Source: Perna viridis (taxonomy: Eukaryota). Taken from it: a DNA stretch of 64,000 nt. How positions within the stretch are numbered: the first letter of the stretch is position 1; each line of letters starts with the position of its first letter. Position numbers and translations under genes: made by a program. The stretch lies in NCBI GenBank assembly GCA_037379345.1, contig CM074521.1, forward strand, positions 16,702,704 through 16,766,703, in the 5' to 3' direction. Below, one piece after another: positions 28,698-42,230 of the stretch. The notes beneath the pieces were generated by a model. The model searched no databases. It had not been told where the DNA came from and saw only the letters and a program-made list of their open reading frames with translations.

Positions 28698-29964
28698 GCA
28701 TCTATAAGTATTGAACATAAACAACCTTGCAATAGTGAAAAGAGCATTAGGTGGTAAAATGTATGCTCTTTTGTTATGATTAAAAGGAAAACTTTTATAA
28801 TTGTATCTTTCTCTTCATACCGTGTTTAAAAATGGATGGTGAGGTATAGATAATTTTCGTTGTATTTTTCTGAAATACGTCGTTTTAAAATTGACTTTTA
28901 ACTGCTTATTCCAGGTTTTCCCTCATGAGTTCTAGTCCTGCTTCTTTTATTTCAAATTGTGATCATAGGTGTTGTCCTCAAACCCTGATAATGAGAACAA
29001 ATTTCTATTAGAGCTCAGAATTTATTGAATGGCATAAAATGAAGAAAATAAATGCTAAGATATATAGTTATGAATTACATTGTTTTCAGCTACAAACACC
29101 ACCCAATAGAATATATACACATCTTTCATTTCAGCTAAATTACTCAAAACTTATTTTGCACCAGTTTACGTTAGTTGAACAGATACTCATGATTAAGGTA
29201 TAGTGGTGTCTACTGAAATATGCCAAGATACGAGTCTCGTTTGTTTCTTGCCTTAGAAAGGGGGGGGGGCTTTGATAAGAATAACAGAAAGGAACTCTGA
29301 CTTCTGTGTTGCCGGATTGCACTGTGAAATTAGTGAACCATGTATTTTGGCCATTAAGTAGTTTAATTCACAAATTGATTAAATTAGAAAATTCAATTAG
29401 ATGAACGAAAGTGTTTTGGGAAAAACTAATCTAATTTTTCGGCTTAATAAAGCATGCACTCACTGAAATTTCTTATTTAAATAGATTACATATAATTACT
29501 CTTCGAGAACATCACTAAAATGTGCACTTTTTGTCGCATTTGATCACAGTCCTCCATTTTTCTTGCGATCGAAATGTCGATCCTCTAAATGCACTCAAAG
29601 TATCGAACGTAAATATACGCATAGTAAAACTGTCAACCGACTGCATTTTTGTTTTTTATAGGTATACATGCATAAATATTACTAAGATTGATACTGTAAC
29701 AATATAAGGCAGTAAAGCGCACTCCAAAAAAAAAGTCAAAAATATGAAAAATAAAATACAAGCATAAAAAAACACAAACAAACAAACAGACAAAATGCAT
29801 ATATAAATGCAGTGATATTCCGATAGGGGGTTACCAATATTATAAGCTAGGGAGTAGCAATTTAATGGCAGTACATGGGGTGTCAAATATAAAAGATAGC
29901 GCATTCATTGATAATAATAAAATATGAAGAAATAAAGGCTACACCATTGATACGGATATGCAAA

Positions 29965-30740
29965 AGTGAAACAAAGGGAACCAAGATTCAAAAGAATGTA
30001 ATCCAGGGAAAGAGACCAGATATGGAAAACAGACAAACACAACAAAGAACATATAATAAGTAATAATACATACAAAGTCACAAAAGTAAATGAGCAACTC
30101 GGACCCCCTAAAAATTGGGAGCGTTGACCAGGTGTACCGGTAGGGTAAGCGTCCTCTGCTTTTCTAGAAACACCCGCCACAAAAAAGTCAAGTCCAGGGT
30201 AAACGAAAGAGGAAAGGAGAACTATGACACGTTGAACATGGTGCAGATGTATACACCGTAACGATTCACGAGTTAATGATGGCAACCATAAAACTTCTGT
30301 TATGAAGACTTCAATCTTGTAGCAAAATAACCCTGTTCCAGAAGTGTAATTCAGAGAAGTGTAGCGCGGTACAAAAAGACTGCATATAGTTTCGGCAAGC
30401 TCTGACATTTCATATTAGTTGTGATATAAGTAATCCATACGCAGGTGTTGAAGGGATGTTGCCACAGATGAAAGGAAAGTTGACAATACGGAATGAAAAG
30501 TCACCGTGTTTGTCGTATTGTTTGGTCAGTAGTTTTCCTTTCCCATCGATCTCTAAGTGTAGGTGAATGTATGATGCTGACTTCACAGTGTCTGTAGTAT
30601 CCTTTATCTCAAGTTCTTTTGGGGTAGATGCGACGTATCTAATCCCCGAAAATAGGATTGTTGAACGATAATACGTCATCTGTATAGCGGAAACTGGGAT
30701 TAAATGATCTAGCTAAACGATGTTTCCTCTTTTGGATCAG
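29965..30740 (-). pseudogene. 5'-truncated Penelope-like (probably Naiad-type) retroelement: RT C-terminal half and 3'UTR
   Basis: Reads LARSFNPSFRYTDDVLS (decayed YxDD), then after a stop and frameshift PKELEIKDTTDTVKSASYIHLHLEID...DFSFRIVNFPFICGNIPSTPAYG..ISQLI, then LLEQGY...RLKSS*QKFYG. Multiple stops. The ORF ends after the RT with no C-terminal GIY-YIG. Confidence 0.8.
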
Positions 30741-31113
30741 ATATGAAAATGATAACAAAAAAATTATGTGTTCATTTAGATGTTAGGTTTGATTTAAAAA
30801 CTTTTGCCATCCCATCAATTTGAAAGTTTGTTTTCGGACACCCACCCCGTAATAGAAAGTATCCTTCTTCAATTAACCATTCTAGCAGTAGGATGACCGA
30901 TTTTAAAAATGTGTTCAATTGGTGTCCAATTCGAACATGGACTAGGATAGTAATGCACTCTAAAATGACAACTGTCCTATAACGATGATAAAAAATACCA
31001 CGGCCCTAATTGTTGATAAAATAAACCAAAAAGTATTATGTAAATATTGACTTGATGTCATCATCAAATCTTTGCTTTTTTATCTATTTTATAAATGTAA
31101 ACACGATTATCTG

Positions 31114-31190
31114 CTGACTTTCGCTTATAGATCAGACAAGGAGATAACATACTGACTTTCGCGTATAGAACAGACAAGGGAGATAACATA
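31114..31190. repeat. 38-bp tandem duplication
   Basis: ctgactttcgc.tatag.acagacaagg(g)agataacata occurs twice. Confidence 0.9.
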
Positions 31191-31445
31191 CTTCCTTACG
31201 CTGGTAGTCACCCGGGAGTTCTGAGTTTATAGAATTCCTCAACAGTTAAAGTACATTATACAGTCTTGTTGAGCTTAAGATTACTGGAATGTTTCAAAAG
31301 CGAAAGGAAGTTATTTGAGATACGTTTACATAATTATATTAAATTACATGGATACATATCGGTCAGAGCTCGAATAAGTGTTTACGATGAAAGGTGGTCA
31401 GCGTATATGGCAAATGATGCCAAATAAGTAGTTACAGACTGAAAG

Positions 31446-33485
31446 AACTAGAAAAATTGCGAGCAAGCTCTCCAACAGAATAATACCTGCCTGCGTCAAT
31501 TGTTCAATGAATTACACTTAAGGTCATTTGCCTATACCTTACGAGTTCTCAGAAAGTAAATTGTTCCTTCATGTACATCTATATAATCATGATGCTCATC
31601 CTTCCAATAATTTTTCATCAAAACCCCTTGAGCGGTTTTAGAAGACTTGCATTTATGGATTTAAACATGTTAACCTCTAAGTTGGATCATATCCCTTGGG
31701 GTGCTCCGACAATAATTCTATTTTTTCCTATGCAATTCCATCAAATCCCTTATTCGTTTTAGGAGTGCGACAGTAATTGTATTTCTTCGTGCACATGCAC
31801 ATGATGACCAATCTTCCTATACAGTTCGATTATCCCCCTTTTGAATGCTCGGACAGTTATCATATTCCTTCATGCACATTTACATAATTATGATGCCCAA
31901 CCTTCCTATACAATTTCATCAAAATCCATTGAGTTGCGCATGCACATCTCTTAAGCTTGATTATCTCCCTTTTGAGTGCTCCGACGTTATAATAGGTTTC
32001 AACATGAGTGAAGATCGGTTTATCTTTCAAGATTTTGATACATTTAATTCTTTTGCACAAGTTGGGGTAGCGGAACGAGTGAAAAAAAAACACCTAAGAA
32101 TTTCTCTAACGAGTGACAGATATCCCGATGTTTGATCTGAAACGACTATAAGTAGTAGTTTTTTCCATGAAAATATGAATATGGTCGAGTGGTTTAGGGC
32201 ACTGGACTTTGTGCAGGCGGTGTTGCCATAGATGTCACAGCGACACGAGTTCTAACATAGTTAACAGTTTTCAGACCCTTCTATAAATAAGGACTTGTTG
32301 AACTTATCTTACTTGCTAAGTGCATTACTACAACGTATTTAGACATATAGCATGAACACCGCCAGCACTATATCCAACAATATAGATCACTCAGCCAATG
32401 TCACAGCGACATGAGTTCTAACATAGTTAACAGTTTTTCAGACCCTTCTATAAATAAGGACTTGTTGAACTTATCTTACTTGCTAAGTGCATTACTACAA
32501 TGTATTTAGACATATAGCATGAACACCGCCAGCACTATATCCAACGATATAGATCACTCAGCCAATGTCACAGCGACATGAGTTCTAACATAGTTAACAG
32601 TTTTTCAGACCCTTCTATAAATAAGGACTTGTTGAACTTATCTTACTTGCTAAGTGCAGTACTACAATGTATTTAGACATATAGCATGAACACCGCCAGC
32701 ACTATATCCAACGATATAGATCACTCAGCCAATGTCACAGCGACATGAGTTCTAACATAGTTAACAGTTTTTCAGACCCTTCTATAAATAAGGACTTGTT
32801 GAACTTATCTTACTTGCTAAGTGCATTACTACAATGTATTTAGACATATAGCATGAACACCGCCAGCACTATACCCAACGATATAGATCACTCAGCCAAC
32901 TAGGCTGTATAAGTAGCTTTCATTAAACGAGTGCTGCTTCCTCGAAAGTAAATCTACAGTGTAAACGTTATTCTGAAAAATTCCAGCGCCCTAGACCACT
33001 CGGCCAGCTAGGCTATATAAAAATATAGCTTTCGGGTCATTCCTCCTCGTAGGATTTATCTAGGGCTGTAACTTAGTGCACGATGTATAGTATTACGGGA
33101 CAGTTCATTTCGATGTTATCATGTAGGATAGAGGATCAAATCAATGATGCATGTCACAACAATTCAATATTATACAAACGTCTCGGAATGTGACGATTCT
33201 ATTCGCTACACTGCTCAATCGGATCAAATTGATACAGGGAAGATATATAAACGTATAGGAAGGTCTGAAAAATTCCCAACAATTTTAGAACTGTCAAATT
33301 TGCGATGCAAATTTTTGCTCGTTCCCTCCGCGGGACTCGAACTTAAATATATATATAATGCCCAACCTTCCTATAAAATTTCATCAAAATGCCTTGAGCG
33401 GTTTAAGGAGAGTTGCGCTAACAACAAATTGTACAGACGGGGTGACTCCTGTATATATCCCCGAAATTTCGTTTGTGGGGTACAA
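31446..33485. mobile_element. HINE/pearl-like element interrupted by a SINE-derived satellite block
   Basis: The monomer motif atgcccaaccttcctata.aatttcatcaaaa recurs at ~31590, ~31893 and again at ~33358. Terminal hairpin cccc gaaatttcgtttgt gggg near 33460-33480. Confidence 0.55.
32232..32899. repeat. Tandem repeat, 167 bp x 4, nearly identical
   Basis: ATGTCACAGCGACA starts at 32232, 32398, 32565 and 32732. Confidence 0.95.
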
Positions 33486-33607
33486 AATGTTTTATTATCT
33501 CCTTTTGGGGTGCTTAAACATAATTGTTAATTGTTACCGGCCTTTTGAAGTTCATAAACTGGTACATGTTCGTATAGTTTCTGCAAGATTCACGTTTTTC
33601 GTTATTT

Positions 33608-34665
33608 ATAGCTCACCTGCACCGAAGGGCCCTGTGAGCATTTGCCATCACTATACGTCTGTCTTCTTCATCCGTTAACTTTGTAAAACATCTTCTCCTC
33701 TGAAATAATTAAATAAATTGTAACCAAACTGTTCATGAATGTTCCTGATGAACATGTGGAGAATGTTTACTTTGCATGACCACCGATACTAAAACGAGAC
33801 CATAGTGGTTAAATAGCAGAATTTAGCAAATAACTCAAAAACAGTTGGGTTTAGCTTAAGTCTGTTCAGCATGATGGGATGGACCTTTGCCGAAATTTTC
33901 AGAAAGATCCGTTGACAGATGAATAAGTTGTGGGTCCTGAAATGTTTTTTCTTCCCCAAATTTTACATGTCCAAATTTGAAAAACTTCTCTAACTATTGG
34001 ATGGATTGTAACCAAACTTTGCATGAATGTTACTTAGGGTATCCGTAACAATCTGTGTGTGGGGATTATTGATCTGGGACAAACATTGCCGTCGATACTA
34101 AAAATATTCCATAGGGGGTCAAATTACAGAATTTTGCAAATAACTCAAAAACAGTTGGGTCTAGCTATAATCTGACAGTAGTAAAATTGTTCAGCATGAT
34201 GAGCTAAATCTTTCCCGAAATTTTCAGAAGGATCAATTAACGGATGTTTGAGTCATGGGTCCTTAAGTGCATTTTCCCCAAATTTTCCAATTTTGAAAAT
34301 CTCTGAGACTACAGGATGTACTTAAACATGTCACCTATGATTTCTTGGATATCCTTAGCAATCTGTGTGTGGAGGTTTTTTATTTAAACATGGCCACCAA
34401 TACTAAAATTTGAGGACGTGTGGAAACAACTCGAAAACCAATGGGTTTAGCCAAAAACTGATCAACATGGTAAGACGGACGTATGCCTAAATTTTCATTA
34501 AGATCTGTTGGAGTTATTGCCCTTGAAGAGTCAAAAATGATTTAGAGAGATTTATTTTATAATATGAAAACCGGTGGATAACTCTTTATTGATTAAAAGA
34601 TTCTTGAGACAGTAGTAGTCCAGCTTTAGAAGGCTATAAGGACTATTTTTATCAAGTGAGTGTTT
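33608..34665 (+). mobile_element. HINE/CvA-like Helentron-associated element with internal degenerate repeats
   Basis: Left end TAGCTCACCTG...GTGAGC hairpin, then catcttctcctctgaaa...gtaaccaaact. ~300-bp internal periodicity (aataactcaaaaacagttggg at ~33828 and ~34138, degenerate at ~34428). Right CAAGTGAG at 34653. Confidence 0.65.
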
Positions 34666-36759
34666 CATGTTGCTTTAAGTTACAAAGACCTATCTACTTT
34701 GTCTAGCTAAATTACTAAAAGTCTATCAGTTAGTTGCTTGCAACGTCGAAATAACTATATCTAAGTGAATATAAAGAACGGCAACAGACTGCAATTCGAA
34801 TCCAAATATTTAATTTGTTCAATAAATATAGCAGCTAAAATTTCAAGCAATTTTATAGTTATTGTAAATGATATTTATTGACAGTATTGTAGTGTCTTTT
34901 GATACATTTATCATATTTCTCGTGCGCACGAGACTTTATGTCGTCTGCGTCAAGCACGTTCTATCGATCTTGTCGCTACGTTGTACCACATTTTCGCGCC
35001 AGGTGTTTAATGATGCAAATGTTTCACAACGTAATAAAAATTTGATGAATTATATATTTCCAAATAAAACTCGTTGTATTTATTTTGTGTCTCATATCAT
35101 GTTATTTTTCTGACATGGCGCCAGTTTTTGTTCTTGTTCAATATACATTTTTTCCCTTTAAAAGACGAGGAAAAACCTGGATTGTCTTGGGTTAGTCATC
35201 CGAGTGACAAAATAATGACTTAATTTTTTAACTTTTAATGAAGTCATAATAAAACAATATGACATGTAACCTATTCATTAAGTAATAACTGTATTGACAG
35301 CATGCTGTTACTAATTTTCCGATTTGATCTCAAAAATTTAGTTTAATATATTGAAATTTATTCATCGTTATATAACGAGACAAAGTCATTAATGAAAACT
35401 GGTATTACATTTAAAAGTATGTTGCAAAAATATCGATCTAATAAAAATATAAAATCCTCATGGTTTTTCTAATAATTTCATTGTCAAATAAGAGGGAATT
35501 CTCACTTTTATGGCCAATCAATTGCTTGTATTCTAGGTAACCTGTAAAAGGACGAAGTTGAATATATTGATATTTCAAAAAAATATTATCGTACTTTTAT
35601 ACAGTTCTACATCAGCTAGACTTTATTTATCTTCACAATTTAACAGAACTTTAAGATGTGACCGAGCTTTGAACAGATAAACATTTTGTTCTTGTTAAAG
35701 ATACGAAACTACAAATGTCGTAAAGATCCTTACTCGGTATTACGGGTTAACTTCCTGTCAGACTGATTAAATTCGTATTGTCGATGGCTTCGTACTCTAT
35801 GATAAATATTACAATTAATCTGTAAATGTTTTCAGATATGTATTTGGTTATGAATATGGCCACTGTTTTTTTTCTTCAGTAAATGTCATTGAAGACAATC
35901 TTTAAGATAGTTAAATTTGGCTTTACAGCATAAACTAAACTCTTCATAATCCGGAAATCTATCTTAACTTGGAATTATACGAGGTTATAACGAAATTGTC
36001 CCACTAGATTCCATATCACAAAAGAAAGGATTTACGTGTGACATAACCATTAAGGAATAATGATAAAGTTCTTCCTTTCTGAAGGTCCATCCCACCAAAC
36101 GATATCTGACATTGATTTTTGGGTTAGTTGTTTGGACATTTATGACCAAAAGAAGAACCAATTAAAAGAATATTCAGATTGCTTCTGTCTTGTTGCAAAT
36201 TTTTTGAAGTTCATTGATCATTTTCATTCTGGTCAGAACTTAGATGTCAAAATCTAAATTTAGAACTGTATCAAGCTGGAAAAGTTTGGTCTCTACATGT
36301 ACTTGCTCGAGCTGCTCAGAGTTTGACCTTTGACCTTTGTGGTCGTATATATCAAGCTGTGCCTTGCAAAGCGTTTTTAAATACAAGGAAAAACTTCAGT
36401 AGTATTTTTTCTTATCGTTGCTGAATTTCAAAGATTAGATTCAACCATTTGCTTACCATTAAACATCCGATTGATCAACCAGTCAATCATAAAGTAATTG
36501 AAGGTTTCCAATAATATGCATCAACATTGAAGTCATGTTCGTCGTCACAAGCTGCATTGCTCATAATTAAGCTCAAATTATCTTAAGTAGTATGTAATAT
36601 GACGGCCGCCATACCTGCCAAGTCATATTAACCTGAACAAGAGTCCAACCGAGACAGCAAATGTTAATATTGATGACACTAATATACACGTACTGCGAAC
36701 CTAACTAGTTCAATAAAGAATTGGACAATCTGACATTTTCTGGGTGTATATTTGTATGA

Positions 36760-36930
36760 AAGGCCGGATCGAGGCACTTTGAAAAGGAGGGGTGGCAGCC
36801 GAGGTGCGTCAGAAAAGGGGATGCTAGAACATTATTTTTCATTTTTTTTGTCAATTTTACATGTGGAAATGGCAATTTTTTAAATAAAAAATGGGGTGCC
36901 AACCCCCTGCACCCCACTAGATCTGCACTG
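36760..36930. mobile_element. GGATCC-type MITE
   Basis: ggccggatcgag ... ctagatctgcactg; collinear with 61581-61762. Confidence 0.7.
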
Positions 36931-39735
36931 TGTATGTTACAAGATATATACATGCAAAACTTGTTTATGCAACTACCTGATTTTAGCTATAACCCGTTTT
37001 AAGACATCATGACTAAATATTCTTATGTATTGCGTTCGATGTAAAAATAACCTGTATATAAAGATCACGTGTCTTATAAGAACAGGATTTTGTTCTTCTA
37101 TGGAAAGTCACTAAAGATTGGTTTAACTGAATTCCGTTGTTACAGAAATGAAGCCAATTAATGTGGAGTAACGAAAGAGTACTCCTAGTATGGTACATCC
37201 AATAGCAGAATCCGATCCAGTACACCAGGCGCGCACTCTCCCGTTTTCGGGGGAAACTGGTTGCAATGAAAGAAAATCACTCTGAAAACGTGACGGTGCG
37301 CGCTCCCTCATTGGTCAGTCAGAACCCTTTCATTTTTAGTACCAATATCCACCACTGCAATTGAAAATCTGAATAAAATGGTTAAGCTTAAGAAAACTTA
37401 AGCAGAATATTTTCAGGACAGGTATAGACCATGTGACTTTTCTGAGATTCATTTATTTGAGATATATTTTGTTTTTTAAACAACTGAGCCAACAAAATAA
37501 ATGTGACCTTTAATTAGTGCGAAAGTGTTTAATTTAAAATCTGTTTCATTGTTTAGGCAAACCATTCAATAGCCAAAATGAAGCACGTAACTTTTATATT
37601 CAATGTTCCTTCAAATAAAATCTGCTTTAAGAATCTAGAAATCTATACTACTTGTAGTTATTTACTGCATTTTGTCGAAGATTTGAAAACAAGTCACCCA
37701 TAAACAAACTTAACACTTTCTACCTCTGCATGTGGGTTCTAAAGGGGGTAATGGATAGAATTTCTCGAAACAACAAAGTGACGGCTTGCTATTGTTTTCC
37801 TTGTAACCGGAACCCTTATTTCCCGCATTGACATTGTATTTGTATTTTCGTGCCTGCTCATTCGAATGTTTCACAAGTTGTCTCGGGTTTCTTCCTATTG
37901 AAGAAGGGAATGAAGCGCAAAAATGAAATGGCGTAATGAAAATTTGTTATAAATTTAAATAATTTATTGAATTTCAATATGGAATTCTCTCACGATATTG
38001 TGTTTCAAAAATTCTTGGTCAAAATATTTTGTTTCATTGGTGAAAGGAAACGCATGAACAAAAAAGCTTTAGTTGTAGAAAACAATATTTGTTTAAAGTA
38101 GATAAATTGATTTTAGACCTGATATACATACCAGTGAAAATATTTTAGAAAAAAATCTTGTGCATTTGAGAATGGTACTTATTCCAACGAAATGAATATG
38201 CCTAGATGTATCTGTGGAGGAGCTCTATGTAATCGCGTTAGTAAATTAACCTCTTATTTTTTGTCTTCCTTAATCGCTCTTAAACACGTTGAAGACGTCT
38301 TCTTTTAAAAAGAAGGGATATTGACTTCTATATTTTTTTTTTTGGCTCGGTATTCTGATGTTCATGGCACAAATATCGGCAAAAATACCTAAGCGTCAAA
38401 AATGGGACTTCAAAATCCGAGTACATATCCTAAACGTGGAAGCAGGAAGCAGATACGATCTACATCCCGAATACACAATGTGAAGAACAGAATAAAAGAC
38501 AATATCTCATAAAAACTGAGATGATAAATCATAAAACTGAAGATAAATGGAAGCAAGACATCACACAAAAACTATAGCGCACTTGCAATGTGAATTTCCA
38601 CGAAGACTGCTCTAGAAGGTTATTTGACAGTATCAGTACTCAACAAAAAAGTCCTTGTACAGGCAGTAATGGATGTATACCCAATAGGCTGAAGATGCAT
38701 GTTGGTTTATTGCCAATAAGAAATTGGAAAGTCAAAAATCATCACGTTGTCATAACGTTTCCATTTCAACCGTCCTGTTTTATCTATGTTAAAGTTAAGG
38801 ACTAGGTATGAAACAGGTGTTCTAGTTTATTTTCAGGTTCTTTTGGGTAGATCAGATGTAGGTAATACTTGAAACAAGGATTATTCATAGATAGTGCATC
38901 ATATACCGAAACTGATAGACTGACCACTTATTTTTTTCTGTTGTATGTCAAAGGCTTGTTAATATCTTGCTTCATACGAGTTGAAAAAAACAGATAGGCC
39001 AAAAGTGGCGCACAATTTGTTTGTCTAGGTATTCCAATGGACAGCTGGAAAACTATCTTCTGAATTCAACAAAAATGTTGTTGCCCGGAAACTCCAGCAT
39101 TTTAACAACATCAGATTTGAGTAAATTGGGGGTTTTCACATAGTAAGCATACTAGAAAAGCGTACATTTGACATGTACCTATATTTTTTGTGTAAAACAT
39201 GTAACCAACGTGAAGATATCACGTGATTCTATCAAATGTCTCAAAGAAGTGATTCTATACCTTATATAGTCTGTATTTAAACTGGTAAACGTATTGTCTA
39301 AACTCTCAAACAGCTTTTGGGAAAATTCTTTCTCATAAAAGCGCATGCATTCACTGGCAGAATACACCGATAAGTTATATAATTTTCATCAAAGGATATC
39401 TGGCGACATCTATCTAAAACGAAGATGCGCTCGATTTCTTCCAGTATAAATATTTCCGAGCACATATAATTTAAAATAAACTTAGCAGCTTTTATTCCTA
39501 ATCCTTAATTGACAACAAGGTATGCTTACATTTTTACGATCAGTTCGTCTAATGTAGTCTGTATTGTGTGTATGTGCGTGTGTGAATCTTTCATAAATAT
39601 AAAGTTCAAACTCTGTACTTTGTTAAAACGAGGAACATATGTATCAAAGGGTTTTTGACTTGTCCGCTTTCCACGGCAATGCGCTTGGTTTTCGTTATCT
39701 TTTTTACACAAGTCAAATATCACAGAAAAGAAATT

Positions 39736-39750
39736 GAGAGAGAGGGAGAA

Positions 39751-39827
<77 letters not shown>
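39736..39827. repeat. (GA)n microsatellite
   Basis: About 90 bp of GA dinucleotide. Confidence 0.98.
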
Positions 39828-39830
<3 letters not shown>

Positions 39831-40102
39831 GCAAATATATTTTAGTCGCCGAAATGAATATATAGACTTGATATAATTGTTGCAAAACCATACATGTTGT
39901 ATGTCGCGTCACCAATAAGATGAGTAGTCTGAGAGTTCGTAAAATATGCACATCGTTTTCCGCCTTGTAACAGTTGGATATGAAATGCAATGAATCGGTA
40001 AATTATATAATGTCTAAGCTTTGCTGATGCATATCAAATCTTAATTGTGACACTCTTCACAATTTATTTCACTTGATGACTGAATACTAAATGAATTACT
40101 TC

Positions 40103-40190
40103 TGTAATCAGATGATACATTCAAGCTATCTCGGTGTTTTCGGTTACCGGTGTAATCAGATGATACAATCGAGCTATCTCGTTGTTTTCG
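40103..40190. repeat. ~48-bp tandem duplication
   Basis: tgtaatcagatgataca.tc.agctatctcg.tgttttcg occurs twice. Confidence 0.85.
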
Positions 40191-41090
40191 CTTGTTTCAT
40201 TCTACTGCAGGTACATGTATAGACGAATCATGTATTCTATTTGAACAGTGGTGGAATTCTGAATTCACTTTGGAACCGCCAAACGCTCCAGTAATTTCTA
40301 TTTTATTTTCATATAATCAAACGAAGTTTTCGAGCACAAAGGGAGGAGGTAGGGAGCCAATTTAGACCCGCTTATGACAGATACTAGTACATGTATATCT
40401 CTTAAGTCTTGTATTTACTTCCAATGGTGTTTGGGAATGAAAATTCATCATCTCGCCGGATGAAATATGTTGTTTACCTATAATTTCTATCAAAGATTTT
40501 TTTTCAATTGAATCCCTGCAGAAGTGAATATCTTTGATTTTTTGCGAAAATACCAACCTTTGAAATTAAAGGGCTTCAAACAGTGTTTGACAATGAATCG
40601 AACCTTCAAATTTGGCGTAATTAAGTTTTAATTAAATTTAGCACGCAACCACATTCCTCGACTGTTACGTATGTGATCAGTTTGAACTCTGAAATTAGAA
40701 TAAGAATATGCTTCACAGATTTATTTTATTCTTTTCCATATCGCGGTAAGACATATATGGTTTTGATGCCACTTGAATAGTTTTGACTGCTTTGAAGGCC
40801 CAGTAGAGCCAAAATCGCTCATTTGATTCAACAAATTTAACTGTTGATAGCTAAGAATAACTTAAACGATGTCTACTGAGAAGAGACTACAATTATCGCT
40901 GATTTGAGAGGTATACCGTTTAATTAGCAGCACACAATGTATGCCAGCTTATGTAGAAAATGCAGAGTCGGACCCACTTTCTTCGCAATAATTGCACAAT
41001 TTTGTTATTTCATGCAAAATTCGGCACCAATGCGCATGTGTTAGTTTGTCATTTGGTCTTGCTCTTTTGAGATAAAAAAAAATATTATGA

Positions 41091-41324
41091 ATGAAATTAG
41101 CACTTTGCAAGAGTTACTGTTCTTGATTCGGTTCAATTTGGTTGATTTTAATGGGAGATCTATGTATAGTTTTCAAAAGTGCAGACCTAAATACAGAAAG
41201 GTCTGTTGTTACTCAAAAATATAGTATATGTAGACTAAAAAGGCATCATTTGTTCAATGGGTTTTTCTACAACATAATTCAACCCTGTATAAGGCAGTCT
41301 GAATTTTATATGGACTGGTACTTA
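41091..41324 (+). mobile_element. Dispersed ~240-bp repeat, copy 2
   Basis: Collinear similarity to 17294-17533; ends in ggactggtacTTAA. Confidence 0.8.
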
Positions 41325-41389
41325 AAACATGAAGCTAACTTCAAGACTTATCTACGGTGGAATAAAGCGGCCATGCAATTTATTTCTTA

Positions 41390-42230
41390 TATCGGTCCCT
41401 CAACATACCAGTAACATGTTGTTTCCTCAAGATAATGTGTCGCTCCCACACGATACATGTAATTATTTCGTTCCTTTAAGTCACTCCGTTCTTACCACAA
41501 GAAACTTATTTTGTTTCCACAAGATATTACGTAACTTTATAACTTCCATGTGGGAACGACATAATTATATTGAAGGAACGATATAACTTCCTTGTGGGAA
41601 CGATATAATTATCTTAAGAAAACGATGTAGCTTCCCTTTTGGAACAATATAACCTCTTCGTGGGAACGACATATTATCTTGAAGGAAAGATATGACTTCC
41701 TTGTGGGAACGACAGATCATTTTGAGGGAACGATATGACTTCCTTGTGGGAACGATATATCACCTTGACGGAAGGAATAAACTACCTTGTGGGAACGACA
41801 TGTTGTCTTGAGGGAACGATATAACTTCCTTGTGGGAACGACATATCATTTTGAGGGAATGATATGACTACCTTGTGGGAACGGCATATTATCTTGAAGG
41901 AACGATATAACTTCCTTGTGGGAACGACATATTATTTTAAGGGAACGATATTACTTCCTTGAAGGAACGATATTACTTCCTTGTGGGAACGACGTATCAT
42001 TTTGAGGGAACGATATGACTTCCTTGTGGGAACGACATATCACCTAGAGGGAACGAATAAACTACCTTGTGGGAACAACATATCATCTTGAAGGAAAGAT
42101 ATGACTACATTGTGGGAACGACATATTATCTTGAAGGAAAGATATGACTACATTGTGGGAACGACATATTATCTTGAAGGAAAGATATGACTACATTGTG
42201 GGAACGACATATTATCTTGGAATAACGATA
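41390..42230. repeat. 43-bp minisatellite (dimer of ~21-22-bp subunits) with an inverted left arm
   Basis: GTGGGAACG recurs at 41660, 41703, 41746 etc.; about 16 units over 41540-42230. 41421-41450 is the reverse complement of a unit. Confidence 0.92.

Noticed and set aside
29905-30408. 167-aa ORF with a hydrophobic C-terminus (and the related ORF at 45286-45582)
   Set aside because: Off-frame translation of the retroelement RT end and its T-rich 3'UTR.
30405-30420. In-frame TGA in the RT fragment read as selenocysteine (some Naiads encode selenoproteins)
   Set aside because: It falls at a usual Arg position (SQLIR), consistent with CGA>TGA CpG decay. The copy also has TAG and TAA stops and a frameshift.
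32182-32260. Functional tRNA gene
   Set aside because: Only A-box and degenerate B-box-like parts are present, with no acceptor stem or complete cloverleaf. Interpreted as a SINE head.
39526-39990. 154-aa ORF with an LSLSLS run
   Set aside because: The open frame is an artefact of the (GA)n microsatellite.
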